Origin: Candidatus Daviesbacteria bacterium
GTDB lineage: Bacteria; Patescibacteriota; Microgenomatia; Daviesbacterales; UBA10151
Assembly (NCBI GenBank): GCA_016176335.1
Contig: JACOXI010000003.1
Coordinates: 386,477 to 450,476, forward strand
DNA: 64,000 bases
Reading direction: 5' to 3'
Below are positions 10,261 to 20,816 of this stretch, one piece after another. Both the position numbers and the translations under genes were made by a program. The stretch's first letter is position 1, and every line of letters begins with the position of its first letter. The notes under the pieces were generated by a model. It was given only the letters and a program-made list of their open reading frames with translations, did not search any database and was not told the DNA's origin.

Positions 10261-11940
10261 ATGACAAAGAAAACATTTTTGTTGGTTTTAATATTAGCCT
10301 TGGCTACAATTTTGAGAATTTGGAAGCTGGATTCAGTTCCAGTGTCACTGTTTGGTGATGAGCTCGATGTTGGTTACCATGCTTATTCAATTTTAAAAAC
10401 CGGCAAAGATTACACAGGCAATACAGCATTATTTTATGTTAACTCGATTGCAGACAAGAAAGCCCCCCTTTATTCATATTTAGCAGTTCCTACTGTAGGA
10501 ATTTTTGGAATATCTCCTTTAGGTGTTCGTTTACCAGCTAGCCTATTTGGAATTTTGGGAGTATTACTTATTTTTTATGTTGTTAAGCTCATAACTTCTG
10601 AAAATATTGGTTTGATCTCTGCTGTACTGTTGGCTGTTTCTCCCTGGCATATTCAATTTTCTCGTTGGGGATTGGAACACACCTTAATGTTAGGATTATT
10701 TTTAGCAGGTATTTATTTTTTCTTTAAAAGTTTATCAAAAAATAAATGGTTGTTGGTATCTAGTGTCTGTTTTGCACTCACACCTTATGCTTATCATGCA
10801 GCAAAAATTTTTCTCCCCTTAATTTTAGTTGTTATGCTGATGATATTTTGGCGAGAGCTTAAAAAAGTCTCAAAAAGTTATTTCATAGTTTCCACATTAT
10901 TGATATTGATAATTGCTGGACCAGTAATCATAAGTAGCATTTTTGGAAATACCGCAGAACGTTTTAATTCTTTATCTATCTTGAGCGACTCTAAGAATGT
11001 TGGGGAGATAGGTTTTGATAGAGTCAAAGATATTCAGATGGAATCGCCTTTTGGTAGGCTATTTCATAATAAAATCACACTGCTTTTGGGAAAAATTGGA
11101 GAGAATTATTTTCGTTCTTTTTCAACAGAATTTCTATTCATCAGAGGAGATATTAATTTAAGACATTCAATTCTACAAAACGGTGAATTTTATAAGTATC
11201 AACTTTTCTTTTTAATTTTGGGATTAATATTTTTTACAGCTAAAATACCGAATCAAAAATACAAACTTTTTATAATATCTTGGTTACTTTTGTCCCCTTT
11301 TCCTGCTATGGTTACAACAGAGGGTGGTAATCATGCTGCAAGATTGTTCTTTATGCTACCAGTGCTGATAATCATTATCGCTACAGGAATATACTATAGT
11401 TATTTTACTTTAAGTAAAAAATTCCAAAGAATGTACATATTGGGTATGGCTTTATTGATTTTGTTAAGCTTTTTGTTTTACCAACATAATTATTGGATAC
11501 ACTATCCTTGGGATTCAGAGAGATGGTGGCAGGCAGGGTTTAAAGAGGCGATTCAATCAGTGGTTTCAGAAAGCAAAAATTATGATAAAGTGATTATCAG
11601 CCAAGCTGACGAACCGGCTCTGATTTCTTTCCTTGGTTACTCTGAATATCCTCCAGATCAATTTCAACAGAAGTACCCTTTAACTTCAGAAGATGTACCA
11701 AGTTTTGGCTCAATATCAAAACTGGATAAATATCATTTTCCTTCCATTGGAAAGGGAACCGATCTTTATAGCTTAGGATCTGTTTTACCTCCTAAAACTT
11801 TATACCTTGCTACAATAAAAGAGATAAATTTAAATCTTATACGTGAGCCGGAGCGTGTCCCAAAAGATCTTAAACTGATTAAATCAATCACTTATCCTTC
11901 AGGTGACCCTGCTTTTTATCTTTTCCAGAAAGCAATATAA
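10261..11940 (+). CDS. ArnT/PMT-family (GT83/GT39-like) glycosyltransferase
   Basis: P.SLFGDE..GY.AYSILKTGKD motif, VRLP.SL.G, SPWHIQFSR, multi-TM. Confidence 0.85.
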   Translation: MTKKTFLLVLILALATILRIWKLDSVPVSLFGDELDVGYHAYSILKTGKDYTGNTALFYVNSIADKKAPLYSYLAVPTVGIFGISPLGVRLPASLFGILGVLLIFYVVKLITSENIGLISAVLLAVSPWHIQFSRWGLEHTLMLGLFLAGIYFFFKSLSKNKWLLVSSVCFALTPYAYHAAKIFLPLILVVMLMIFWRELKKVSKSYFIVSTLLILIIAGPVIISSIFGNTAERFNSLSILSDSKNVGEIGFDRVKDIQMESPFGRLFHNKITLLLGKIGENYFRSFSTEFLFIRGDINLRHSILQNGEFYKYQLFFLILGLIFFTAKIPNQKYKLFIISWLLLSPFPAMVTTEGGNHAARLFFMLPVLIIIIATGIYYSYFTLSKKFQRMYILGMALLILLSFLFYQHNYWIHYPWDSERWWQAGFKEAIQSVVSESKNYDKVIISQADEPALISFLGYSEYPPDQFQQKYPLTSEDVPSFGSISKLDKYHFPSIGKGTDLYSLGSVLPPKTLYLATIKEINLNLIREPERVPKDLKLIKSITYPSGDPAFYLFQKAI

Positions 11941-11954
11941 TTAACATTAGTATT

Positions 11955-12860
11955 ATGAGCAAAGACATTTCAGTCATAATCAATACCTTAAATGAAGAGA
12001 AAAACATTGCAAGAGCAATTGAGTCTGTTAAATGGGCGGATGAAGTAGTGGTATGTGATATGCACTCCGAAGATAAAACTGTTGAGATTGCTAAAAAATT
12101 AGGCGCAAAAGTAATTTCCCATAAAAGGTTAGATTATGTAGAACCTGCCAGAAATTTTGCCATATCAAAGGCTTCTAATGAATGGATACTGATTGCTGAT
12201 CCTGATGAGGAGATTCCAGATCAGTTAGCCAAGAGATTAAAAGAGATTGCAAATAAAATGGAGCAGATAGATTATGTCAGAATACCCAGAAAAAATATTA
12301 TTTTTGGTAAATGGATGAAAGGAGCAATGTGGTGGCCTGACTTAAATGTAAGATTTTTTAGGCAAGATAAGGTTAAATGGACCGACAAAATCCATCGACC
12401 GCCAGAACTGTTAGGACAAGGATTAGACTTACCAGCAGAGGAAAAATGGGCGATTATTCATCATAATTATCAGACTATTGGTCAATTTATAGAGAGGATG
12501 AACCGTTATACCACAATTGAAGCAGAGGAATTAAAAAAGCAGGGATACGAATTTAACTGGCAAGACCTTTTTGATAAACCGTTAAATGAGTTTCTTTCAA
12601 GATTTTTTGCAAACCGAGGTTTTGAAGACGGATTACATGGATTGGCTTTAAGTTTATTACAGGGTTTTTCTTTTTTAATAATCTATCTTAAAGTGTGGGA
12701 AAATTCTTCATTCAAGGAAGCTGCGCTTAATCTGGCTGATTTGGAAGCAGACAAATCAAAGATGGGTTATCAAATAAATTACTGGATGAAGGAGATTAAA
12801 TCATCTAAAAATCCTTTTAAAAGATTTTTCTCGAAGTTTAAAGTTTATTTTTTTGAATAA
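11955..12860 (+). CDS. GT2 glycosyltransferase (WaaE/KdtX-like)
   Basis: ISVIINTLNEE, D..SED.T, ARNFAI, DPDE, WWPD...RFF. Confidence 0.88.
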   Translation: MSKDISVIINTLNEEKNIARAIESVKWADEVVVCDMHSEDKTVEIAKKLGAKVISHKRLDYVEPARNFAISKASNEWILIADPDEEIPDQLAKRLKEIANKMEQIDYVRIPRKNIIFGKWMKGAMWWPDLNVRFFRQDKVKWTDKIHRPPELLGQGLDLPAEEKWAIIHHNYQTIGQFIERMNRYTTIEAEELKKQGYEFNWQDLFDKPLNEFLSRFFANRGFEDGLHGLALSLLQGFSFLIIYLKVWENSSFKEAALNLADLEADKSKMGYQINYWMKEIKSSKNPFKRFFSKFKVYFFE

Positions 12861-12866
12861 AGAATT

Positions 12867-13670
12867 ATGTTAAGCGTTGTTGTACTTACGAAAAATGAAG
12901 AGGATAGAATAAAGGTTTGTCTTGAGTCTGTTAAATGGGCTGATGAGATTGTTGTAGTGGATAATGGATCGAAAGATAGCACCTTAGAAATAGCAAAAAG
13001 ATATACAGATAAAATTTTTAGTGTGAATCTGCAAGATTTTGCCGCATGGCGAAATTTTGCTGCAGAAAAAGTATTAGGGGATTGGATGTTATTTGTAGAC
13101 CCGGATGAGAGAGTACTTGAACCTTTAAAAAAAGAAATAGAAGGTATGATAAGCGTTTCGGATTTTTCCGCATATGCTCTTTCCCGAAAGAATATAATAT
13201 TTGGAACCGAGGTGAAGTATGGTCCATTCTGGCCTGATTGGGTAATCAGGCTTTTAAAAAAGGATGATTTTGAAACTTGGGTGGGGAAAATTCATGAATA
13301 CCCTAAATTTAAAGGCCAACTAGGATATAGCAAAAACTCTCTGTTACATCTGACTCATCAGGATCTTGATCGAATAGTTTTAAAAAGTTTGGCATGGAGC
13401 AAGATTGATGCCAAATTGAGGTTTGATGTTAACCACCCAAAAATGAGTGGCATCAGATTTTTAAGGATTTTTATCACAGAGTTTTTTCACCAAGGAATTA
13501 CAAGAGGCGGTTTTTTTGGCGGCACTGTTGGGGTAATGGATTCTATACTACAAGTTTTTAGCTTGTTCATGACCTATGTCAGGCTTTGGCAAATGCAACA
13601 AAGGAAACCACTAAGAGAAATTTATAGTGATATTGATAAAAAATTAATCGAAGATAACTTCAAATATTAG
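12867..13670 (+). CDS. GT2 glycosyltransferase (WaaE/KdtX-like)
   Basis: LSVVVLTKNEE, VDNGSKD, DFAAWRN, DPDER, KIHE. Confidence 0.88.
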   Translation: MLSVVVLTKNEEDRIKVCLESVKWADEIVVVDNGSKDSTLEIAKRYTDKIFSVNLQDFAAWRNFAAEKVLGDWMLFVDPDERVLEPLKKEIEGMISVSDFSAYALSRKNIIFGTEVKYGPFWPDWVIRLLKKDDFETWVGKIHEYPKFKGQLGYSKNSLLHLTHQDLDRIVLKSLAWSKIDAKLRFDVNHPKMSGIRFLRIFITEFFHQGITRGGFFGGTVGVMDSILQVFSLFMTYVRLWQMQQRKPLREIYSDIDKKLIEDNFKY

Positions 13671-13678
13671 TGAAACTT

Positions 13679-14761
13679 ATGAAAATTGCTATTTATTCCC
13701 CGTATTTGGATACCTTTGGCGGCGGAGAGAAATATATGATGAGTATTGGCGAAATACTTTCCCAAAATAATTTTGAGGTAGATATACTTTTGGATAAGAA
13801 TTTGGAGAATAAGGATTGCAAGTATTTAAAAAATGAATTATCAAAAAGATTTAATTTGAATCTTGAGAGAGTATCTTTTATCAGAGCTCCAATAGGAGAG
13901 GGATCTAATTTTTTTTCGAGATTCTTTTTTTTAAAAAAATATACGGTATTTTTCTATTTGTCAGATGGTAGTATCTTTTATCCAACTGCCAGAAAGAACA
14001 TTTTACATATCCAATCTCCCATTATTGGACAACCTGCAAAAAGTTTATGGGGGAAAATAAAACTAAAGGGGTGGAATTTAATTATTTATAATTCGCAGTT
14101 TACCCAAAAATATTCTCAAAACAATTGGCCGCTGACGTCTCAAGTGATCTATCCCCCGGTTGATACTGAAAAAATTAAATTACTCGGGAAGAAAAATTAT
14201 ATTTTATCGGTAGGTAGATTTTTTGGTTACTTAAAAGACAAAAAACACGCAATTATGATCAAAGCATTTAAAGATCTGTATAAAGGTAAAAAAGTAGATG
14301 GTTGGAGTTTGTATTTGGTTGGAGTGGCATCAAAAGGAGATGAGCCTTATCTCATGCAATTACGCAATTTATCCAAAGGGTTTCCTATCAACTTTTATCC
14401 GAATTTAGCATATAACGCACTCATGACACTTTATGGACAGTCAAGTATTTACTGGCATGCTGCAGGTTTTGGAGAGGAAGATCCGACCAAGATGGAACAT
14501 TTTGGAATATCAACAGTTGAGGCAATGGCAGCAGGCTCTGTGCCAGTGGTTGTAAATGGTGGAGGACAAACAGAAATTGTAGAAGACGGAAAGAGCGGTT
14601 TTTTGTGGAATTCTCTAAAAGATTTGCAAAGATTTACAACTTCGTTAATTAAAGACCAAAATTTAAGGTCTAAATTATCACAAAATGCGGTTTTGGCTTC
14701 TCATAAATTTTCCAAAAAAAGATTTGAGAAAGAAATTTTAAAGGTAGTTGATTATTTATGA
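13679..14761 (+). CDS. GT4 glycosyltransferase
   Basis: GGGEKY, IYPPVD, LSVGRF, EHFGISTVEAMAAG (EX7E). Start set at ATG 13679. Confidence 0.9.
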   Translation: MKIAIYSPYLDTFGGGEKYMMSIGEILSQNNFEVDILLDKNLENKDCKYLKNELSKRFNLNLERVSFIRAPIGEGSNFFSRFFFLKKYTVFFYLSDGSIFYPTARKNILHIQSPIIGQPAKSLWGKIKLKGWNLIIYNSQFTQKYSQNNWPLTSQVIYPPVDTEKIKLLGKKNYILSVGRFFGYLKDKKHAIMIKAFKDLYKGKKVDGWSLYLVGVASKGDEPYLMQLRNLSKGFPINFYPNLAYNALMTLYGQSSIYWHAAGFGEEDPTKMEHFGISTVEAMAAGSVPVVVNGGGQTEIVEDGKSGFLWNSLKDLQRFTTSLIKDQNLRSKLSQNAVLASHKFSKKRFEKEILKVVDYL

Positions 14762-16137
14762 AAAGATTTTTTCAAAAAACAACAGTCTGGGTATCAATTT
14801 TCTTTTTACTAAGCTCCATTTTTAGACTATCCAATCTTAATTTGATGGAGTTTAAATCTGATGAGGCTACAACCGTTTTTCAAACTATCCAGTTTTTTGA
14901 CCGTCCATATCTGATTGCGCGGGGTTTGATTTCAGGAACAGGAGTCTACAATTTTCCTTTGTTCAATTATTTGATAATTATTATTGCTGCTGTATCAAAA
15001 GATCCCCAAGTTTTAAGCTGGATGATTGCTTTAATCAACAGTGTACTGGTGGGTATTTTCTTCTTATTGGTTAAAAGATATTACAATTTTTTAACAGCTA
15101 TCCTGGCCGCAACACTTTTGGCATTTTCACCATGGGCTGTGATTTTCTCCCGCAAGATTTGGGCGCAAGATTTGATTAATCTTTTGCTGATTCCCATTCT
15201 ATGGCTGTTGCATGAGATTATTTTAAAAAAGACCACCAAAGTTTTTTTACCCCTATTTGCGCTGCTGACTTTATTAATACAGCTTCATGGTTCAGGATTA
15301 TTTTTTGCAGCCGTCACAGTAATTGTTTTGCTGATTTTGCGTGTCAGGGTGAAATTTAAACAAGCCTTAGCAGGCATTTTAATCGGGTTAATACCTATCC
15401 TGCCTTATGTTTTTTTTCAAATTAATTCCTATCCTTCATGCCCCGATTGCGAAGCTTTCTTAAACTACCAGCAGTCTTTTCGCATATTTGACTTTAACAA
15501 TTTCCTCAAGCCCTTTCAAATTATCAGCGGTTTAGGGTATCATTTTGTTTTAGGTAAAAGTTATACTGATTTTATTGCTGTTTATCCTTTAGTTAATCAA
15601 TTAAAATATATTTTCTTCACAGGATTTTTTGTTACTTTAATGGGTATACTTTTTGTGATTGCAAAAAAACAAAAGTATCTTTTTTTAGTTATATATTTTG
15701 TTACTCTTCCCTTTTTGTTCTTTATTACTAAAACACCAGCATATATGCATTATTTTGTTATCATTATACCCGTGAGCACTCTTTTATTTGCAGTCTCTTT
15801 AAGTACTGCCTATTCTTTTTTACGGAATAAGCTTTTGAGAGCATCCATCATAACCTATTTCTTGCTATTTCTTGCTTCAAACATTGCCTTCCTTATTTTC
15901 TTTAATAATTTTCTGGCAGTTAAAAAGCAAATTGACGGAGATTATGGACCAGTATACTCTGTGACCAAAAGCTTCATTGAAAAGGAAACAAGCGATTACA
16001 AAAGCCTGCCTTATTATCAATTTCTCAAAAGTTATGCTTACATGTATGCCCAGTCAAAAAATTTTCATACTAAACTGGGGGAATTTTTTTTGGAAAAAGG
16101 CGAATATGATTTAGCAGCACAGGAGTTGAAAAAATGA
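14758..16137 (+). CDS. ArnT/PMT-family GT-C glycosyltransferase
   Basis: FKSDEA motif after TM1, SPW...SR.IW, Q.H, multi-TM. Confidence 0.8.
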   Translation: MKRFFQKTTVWVSIFFLLSSIFRLSNLNLMEFKSDEATTVFQTIQFFDRPYLIARGLISGTGVYNFPLFNYLIIIIAAVSKDPQVLSWMIALINSVLVGIFFLLVKRYYNFLTAILAATLLAFSPWAVIFSRKIWAQDLINLLLIPILWLLHEIILKKTTKVFLPLFALLTLLIQLHGSGLFFAAVTVIVLLILRVRVKFKQALAGILIGLIPILPYVFFQINSYPSCPDCEAFLNYQQSFRIFDFNNFLKPFQIISGLGYHFVLGKSYTDFIAVYPLVNQLKYIFFTGFFVTLMGILFVIAKKQKYLFLVIYFVTLPFLFFITKTPAYMHYFVIIIPVSTLLFAVSLSTAYSFLRNKLLRASIITYFLLFLASNIAFLIFFNNFLAVKKQIDGDYGPVYSVTKSFIEKETSDYKSLPYYQFLKSYAYMYAQSKNFHTKLGEFFLEKGEYDLAAQELKK

Positions 16138-17573
16138 AGAAGCTAATAATTTTCCTGATAGTTTTAATTTTTACTTTTATTTTAAGAGCTCACAATTTTG
16201 ACCGCATACCGGCAATGGGACATTTAGAGGAGCAAATGTTTGCCTGGGCAGGAATTCACCTGATTGAAAGAGGAGTGCCACTTGCCTGGTCATCCTTGGA
16301 TTTTCCGGAAAGGGCCATAGTCTATAAAGGGCCAGTTTCTTATAAAGGCGGAGACCCAGTTGTTCATGTAAATTTAGTTCAGCCTTGGCTGGAGCAACCG
16401 CCACTTTTCTCACTTTTAGTAGGCAGTTTTGCTCATTGGTATAAGGTAGATCGTAATGGAGTAATTCCCACCTCATTTATAAGAACACCGATAGTGATAA
16501 TTTCAATTTTTACATCTGTGATGATTTTTTTGGTTGCCAGGCTTATTTCCGGTTATTGGACTGGTATTTTGGCGATGCTTATTTATGGTGTTACTCCTAT
16601 TTTAGTTTTAGGATCGAGATTGGCTGTGCCGGAAAACGTAATTGCTTTAGTATATCTTATAATTATCTACTTACTTCTAAAATTTCAGCAAAATCCAAAA
16701 TTTAAATTTATTGTTTTAATACCTTTGTTAGTAGGTATAGCAGGACTTTCTAAAGCCACAGGCTTTTTTATTATCTTTTTAGCAATTTATATTGTACTAA
16801 TAAAGCATCAATTTAAAAGAGCGTTTTATCTTTTTGTGGCTACTCTTCCTTTCGTGGCTTTATTTTTTGCCTACGGGCTTTATTTTGATCAAGAAATTTT
16901 TTGGAAGATTACTGCTATTCAATCATTTCGCCCGGTAGGTTTTGGAAACTTGGGTTGGTTTTTTGTTTCGCCAGCCTATGATATTACTGAACTGGTGGAT
17001 GGATGGTTTATTTTTTTGCTGCTTTCTGCGGCCTTTTTCCTTTTTTCTCCACAAGCGGGTCTGAAAAGGTTTATCAGTCTGTCTTTTATTTTCTGGCTAG
17101 CCGTGGTGATGGTTTCCGGAGGAGAGACAGATCTTTTACCTTGGTATAGATATCCTTCATATCCGCTGCTGGCAATTATGGGAGCTTGGGGTTTACAGAT
17201 TCTGGTCAAGCGGGCTGATTTCTTTGCCGCTTTTTTGACAACTGGATTGCTCTTGGGTAATAGGATGCTTTTGGTTAACCCTTTTCGTCCTAATATAACT
17301 CCTATAAATTTTAGATTGGTTTTTTTGCTACTTTTATTACCAGCTCTTTTAATAACAATTTTTAACAAAAGTTATTTGGAAAAACTTATTAAAGTGGTGC
17401 TTATTTTAGTCGTTATTACAGGCATGTATTTTAATACAAGTTATTTATACAATATCTTTGAATTGAAGTGTGAGAGTCGGACTTGTCCAATAGGACCTTC
17501 CACCAAGCTTTCTACTATTAGCTTCCCATTCATCTGGCGATGGCTGGTTTTAGGTGAACCTAAACTAAGATAA
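16134..17573 (+). CDS. ArnT/PMT-like GT-C glycosyltransferase
   Basis: LEE in place of the usual DE motif, EQPPLF, SRLAVPE, WYRYP, multi-TM. Confidence 0.75.
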   Translation: MKKLIIFLIVLIFTFILRAHNFDRIPAMGHLEEQMFAWAGIHLIERGVPLAWSSLDFPERAIVYKGPVSYKGGDPVVHVNLVQPWLEQPPLFSLLVGSFAHWYKVDRNGVIPTSFIRTPIVIISIFTSVMIFLVARLISGYWTGILAMLIYGVTPILVLGSRLAVPENVIALVYLIIIYLLLKFQQNPKFKFIVLIPLLVGIAGLSKATGFFIIFLAIYIVLIKHQFKRAFYLFVATLPFVALFFAYGLYFDQEIFWKITAIQSFRPVGFGNLGWFFVSPAYDITELVDGWFIFLLLSAAFFLFSPQAGLKRFISLSFIFWLAVVMVSGGETDLLPWYRYPSYPLLAIMGAWGLQILVKRADFFAAFLTTGLLLGNRMLLVNPFRPNITPINFRLVFLLLLLPALLITIFNKSYLEKLIKVVLILVVITGMYFNTSYLYNIFELKCESRTCPIGPSTKLSTISFPFIWRWLVLGEPKLR

Positions 17574-17576
17574 ATT

Positions 17577-19193
17577 ATGGATAAAAAAGTTAACATAGTT
17601 TTATTTACTTTAATACTGCTAATAGCCTTTCTCTTAAGATTCTATCAAGTTAATGATCTTCCTCCGTCTTTAAACTGGGACGAGGTGTCAATTGGCTATA
17701 ATGCTTATTCGATCTTCAAAACAGGTAGAGATGAGTGGGGGCAATTTTTGCCTTTAAGTTTTAGAGCCTTTGGTGATTATAAATTACCTCTTTACATTTA
17801 CCTGGATGTGCCGTTTGTGGCTATCTTAGGTTTGAATGAAATAGCAGTGAGACTTCCTTCTGTGGTATCGGGAATAGGGGTGGTAGTGCTTATTTTTCTG
17901 ATATTAAAAGAATTAACAAAGAGTATTTATCTTTCTCTTTGGGGGATGTTTATGAGTGCAATTCTGCCTTGGTTGGTAGTTTTTTCCCGTATTGCCTTAG
18001 AGGCAAATCTGGCTCTTTTTTTAACGACTGCTTCGTTTTATTTGTTTTTACTTTCTCAAAGAAAAAAGAAATTATTACCTTTATCTGCCATCCTCTTAGG
18101 GTTATCAACTTTCTCTTATAATAGCAGCAGAGTATTAGTCTTACCCTTTGTAATACTTGCAGCAATTTTTCTCTTTAGTTCTTCAAAGATTAAAGAAGTA
18201 TTTATTCCTTTAGTAGTCTTGCTAATATTTATTAGTGTGGCTTTCTTTCAAGCTCTTGCGGTTGATTCCGGAGCGAGGTATAGATGGACGACTATTCTGG
18301 ATGAGGGAGCAATCGAAAGCATCAATCAACTCCGCGGATCATCTAACCTGCCATCAATACTGAACCAATTGGTATATAATAAAGCTACTTATTTTCTGGT
18401 TGAATCCTCCAAAAACTACCTGTCTCATTTTGATCCGAATTTTTTATTTCTGAGGGGGGGATCAAACTTTCAATTTTCTGTCCCTGGAACCGGCCAAATA
18501 TACTTGGGAATGCTACCTTTTATTCTATTGGGAATTTGGCAAATGATGAAACAAAGGAAAAACTGGCAGCTGTTTATACTAGGTTGGATGCTGATTGCGC
18601 CAATTCCCGGGGCAATCACCAGAGATGCTCCTCATTCTCTAAGAACTATTTTTTTGACTATACCGTTACTTTTGAGTGCGGTTATAGGAATAAAATGGAG
18701 CAAGGATTTTTTACCTGCAAAAATTTTCCATCCCTTGTCAGTCCTTACAGTATTGGTACTGCTTGGTAGCACCTACATGTTTTGGCAAAACTATACTGGT
18801 GATTACCGAAAAGAATATTCCTGGTCTTGGCAATACGGATACAAGGAGGCTTTAGAGTTTGTCAAGACACATCAAGCCAATTATGATCGGATTGTTTTTA
18901 GTAAAATTTACGGTGAACCTCATGAATTTGTACTTTTTTACTTGAATTACGATCCTCATAAGTACCAAACCAGTAAAAATTTAATTAGGTACCGACAATC
19001 TGACTGGTTCTGGGTAGATAGATTTGACAAGTTTGAATTTATAAATGATTGGGAAATCAATGACAAGGTTTTAGGTATGAAGAATACTTTACTTATTACC
19101 AGCCCTCAAAATTTCCCGGCAAATTCTCAAATTTTAAAAACCATTAATTTTTTAGACGGAAAGAAGGCTTTTGAGATAGTAGCGGTGAACTAA
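17577..19193 (+). CDS. ArnT/PMT-family GT-C glycosyltransferase
   Basis: PPSLNWDEVSIGYNAYSIFKTGRDEWG, DYKLPLYIY, VRLPS, FSR.ALEAN, PH.LR, WQYGY. Confidence 0.85.
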   Translation: MDKKVNIVLFTLILLIAFLLRFYQVNDLPPSLNWDEVSIGYNAYSIFKTGRDEWGQFLPLSFRAFGDYKLPLYIYLDVPFVAILGLNEIAVRLPSVVSGIGVVVLIFLILKELTKSIYLSLWGMFMSAILPWLVVFSRIALEANLALFLTTASFYLFLLSQRKKKLLPLSAILLGLSTFSYNSSRVLVLPFVILAAIFLFSSSKIKEVFIPLVVLLIFISVAFFQALAVDSGARYRWTTILDEGAIESINQLRGSSNLPSILNQLVYNKATYFLVESSKNYLSHFDPNFLFLRGGSNFQFSVPGTGQIYLGMLPFILLGIWQMMKQRKNWQLFILGWMLIAPIPGAITRDAPHSLRTIFLTIPLLLSAVIGIKWSKDFLPAKIFHPLSVLTVLVLLGSTYMFWQNYTGDYRKEYSWSWQYGYKEALEFVKTHQANYDRIVFSKIYGEPHEFVLFYLNYDPHKYQTSKNLIRYRQSDWFWVDRFDKFEFINDWEINDKVLGMKNTLLITSPQNFPANSQILKTINFLDGKKAFEIVAVN

Positions 19194-19199
19194 CTACGT

Positions 19200-19205
19200 T
19201 ATAAT
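19200..19205 (+). promoter_or_regulatory. Putative sigma70 -10 box (TATAAT) 6 nt upstream of ATG 19212
   Basis: Perfect TATAAT in the 18-nt gap between two GT-C genes. No Shine-Dalgarno. Confidence 0.45.
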
Positions 19206-19211
19206 TAAAGT

Positions 19212-20816
19212 ATGAGGATTTTGCTGGGAATTTTTTTATTAGGTTTTATTTTGAGAGTTATTTTTTTAGATGTTGCTCCACCGGGGTTTAACGCTGATGA
19301 GGCAGCCTTAGGTTACAACGCTTACTCTATAATAAAAACCGGAAAAGATGAGTGGGGTACCAGTTTCCCTCTGGTTTTTAAATCCTTTTCAGATTATAAA
19401 CCTGGATTATATGTTTATTTGACCATCCCCTTTGTCTGGCTGTTAGGATTAAATGAGTTTTCAGTAAGAATACCTTCAATTTTATTAGGGTCCTTCTCAA
19501 TAGTGCTAATCTATTTTTTATCAAAAGAGCTGTTCAAGAAAGAAGCAGTAGCTTTAGCTTGCGCTTTTCTGTTAAGCATTTCCCCCTGGCATCTGCACTT
19601 TTCCCGGGGGGCTTGGGAAACCAATGCAGCCACTTTTTTTATCCTTTTAGGAGTATACACCTTTATTAAATCTTTTAAAAACCACCGCTTGTTATGGATA
19701 TCTGCAGCAGCTTTTATTGCCTCTATGTATACATATCAAAGCCCTCGGGTAGTAGTACCCGGATTAATTTTGTTATTTATAATCTTCTATTGGAAGAGAC
19801 TGGTGGTAAAGAAAAATATTCCGGTGGTTGTTCTGGCAGTCATCTTATTACTTCCGCTGGTTTTCATTCTAGTTAGCACAGCCGGCTTGGCCAGGTTTAA
19901 GGGGGTATCGATTTTCTCCGACACAGGTCCAATTAATCCGGTGAATGAAGAGAGAGGTCAACATCAAGATCCTTCCTCCTTTTGGATCAGATTCTTTCAC
20001 AATAAAGCAGAAGTTTACGCTCGTAATTTCTTCGGTCATTATCTTGATCATTTTAATCCTAACTTTCTCTTTACTTTGGGCGACCCTCTCAAAAGAAATA
20101 AAGTGCCTGATATGGGACAGATGTATATTTTTGAGATAGTAACTCTTGTTTCGGGATTATATTTTATTATCAGAAGTAAATTTAGTAATACTAAGGTAGT
20201 GTTTTTGTGGCTTCTGGTAGCTCCTTTAGCCTCTTCCTTGACTTATCAGACACCACACGCCCTAAGAGTTCATAATATGGTTATACCCCTCACTTTAATT
20301 TCCGGTTTAGGACTCGGTATGTTATGGGAAAATTTGCCGCGTCTTGCCTGGTCGGTAAAGTATCTAGCTAAAAGTGCGGTTGTTATAGTGATAGGTCTTT
20401 CTGTGGTCAGTTACTTGGATAGATATTATCTTCATTTGCCAAAACAATATGCGCTAGAATGGGAGTACGGTTTTTCTCAAGTGATACCATATATCGTAGA
20501 AAATCAAAATAACTATCAGAAGATTATCATTACAGACAGATACGACCAGCCTTATATCTTATTGTTGTTTTATTCAAAATATGATCCGGCAAGATATCAT
20601 AAGCAGAATAAAGAAATGGGCGAAGATAAATTTGGTTTTTTCACAATTACCTCTTTTGATAAATTCAATTTTAGACCAATAGGTAAAGAAGAAATTCACA
20701 AAAGTAAAAACACTCTATATATTGGAACAAATGAAGAAATTGGCGAAGATCAGATTCCATTGAAGGTGATTAATTTCCCAAATGGAATACCCGCCTTTAA
20801 GATTGTAGGGACTTGA
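19212..20816 (+). CDS. ArnT/PMT-family GT-C glycosyltransferase
   Basis: PPGFNADEAALGYNAYSIIKTGKDEWG, DYKPGLY, SPWHLHFSR, PHALR, WEYG. Confidence 0.85.
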   Translation: MRILLGIFLLGFILRVIFLDVAPPGFNADEAALGYNAYSIIKTGKDEWGTSFPLVFKSFSDYKPGLYVYLTIPFVWLLGLNEFSVRIPSILLGSFSIVLIYFLSKELFKKEAVALACAFLLSISPWHLHFSRGAWETNAATFFILLGVYTFIKSFKNHRLLWISAAAFIASMYTYQSPRVVVPGLILLFIIFYWKRLVVKKNIPVVVLAVILLLPLVFILVSTAGLARFKGVSIFSDTGPINPVNEERGQHQDPSSFWIRFFHNKAEVYARNFFGHYLDHFNPNFLFTLGDPLKRNKVPDMGQMYIFEIVTLVSGLYFIIRSKFSNTKVVFLWLLVAPLASSLTYQTPHALRVHNMVIPLTLISGLGLGMLWENLPRLAWSVKYLAKSAVVIVIGLSVVSYLDRYYLHLPKQYALEWEYGFSQVIPYIVENQNNYQKIIITDRYDQPYILLLFYSKYDPARYHKQNKEMGEDKFGFFTITSFDKFNFRPIGKEEIHKSKNTLYIGTNEEIGEDQIPLKVINFPNGIPAFKIVGT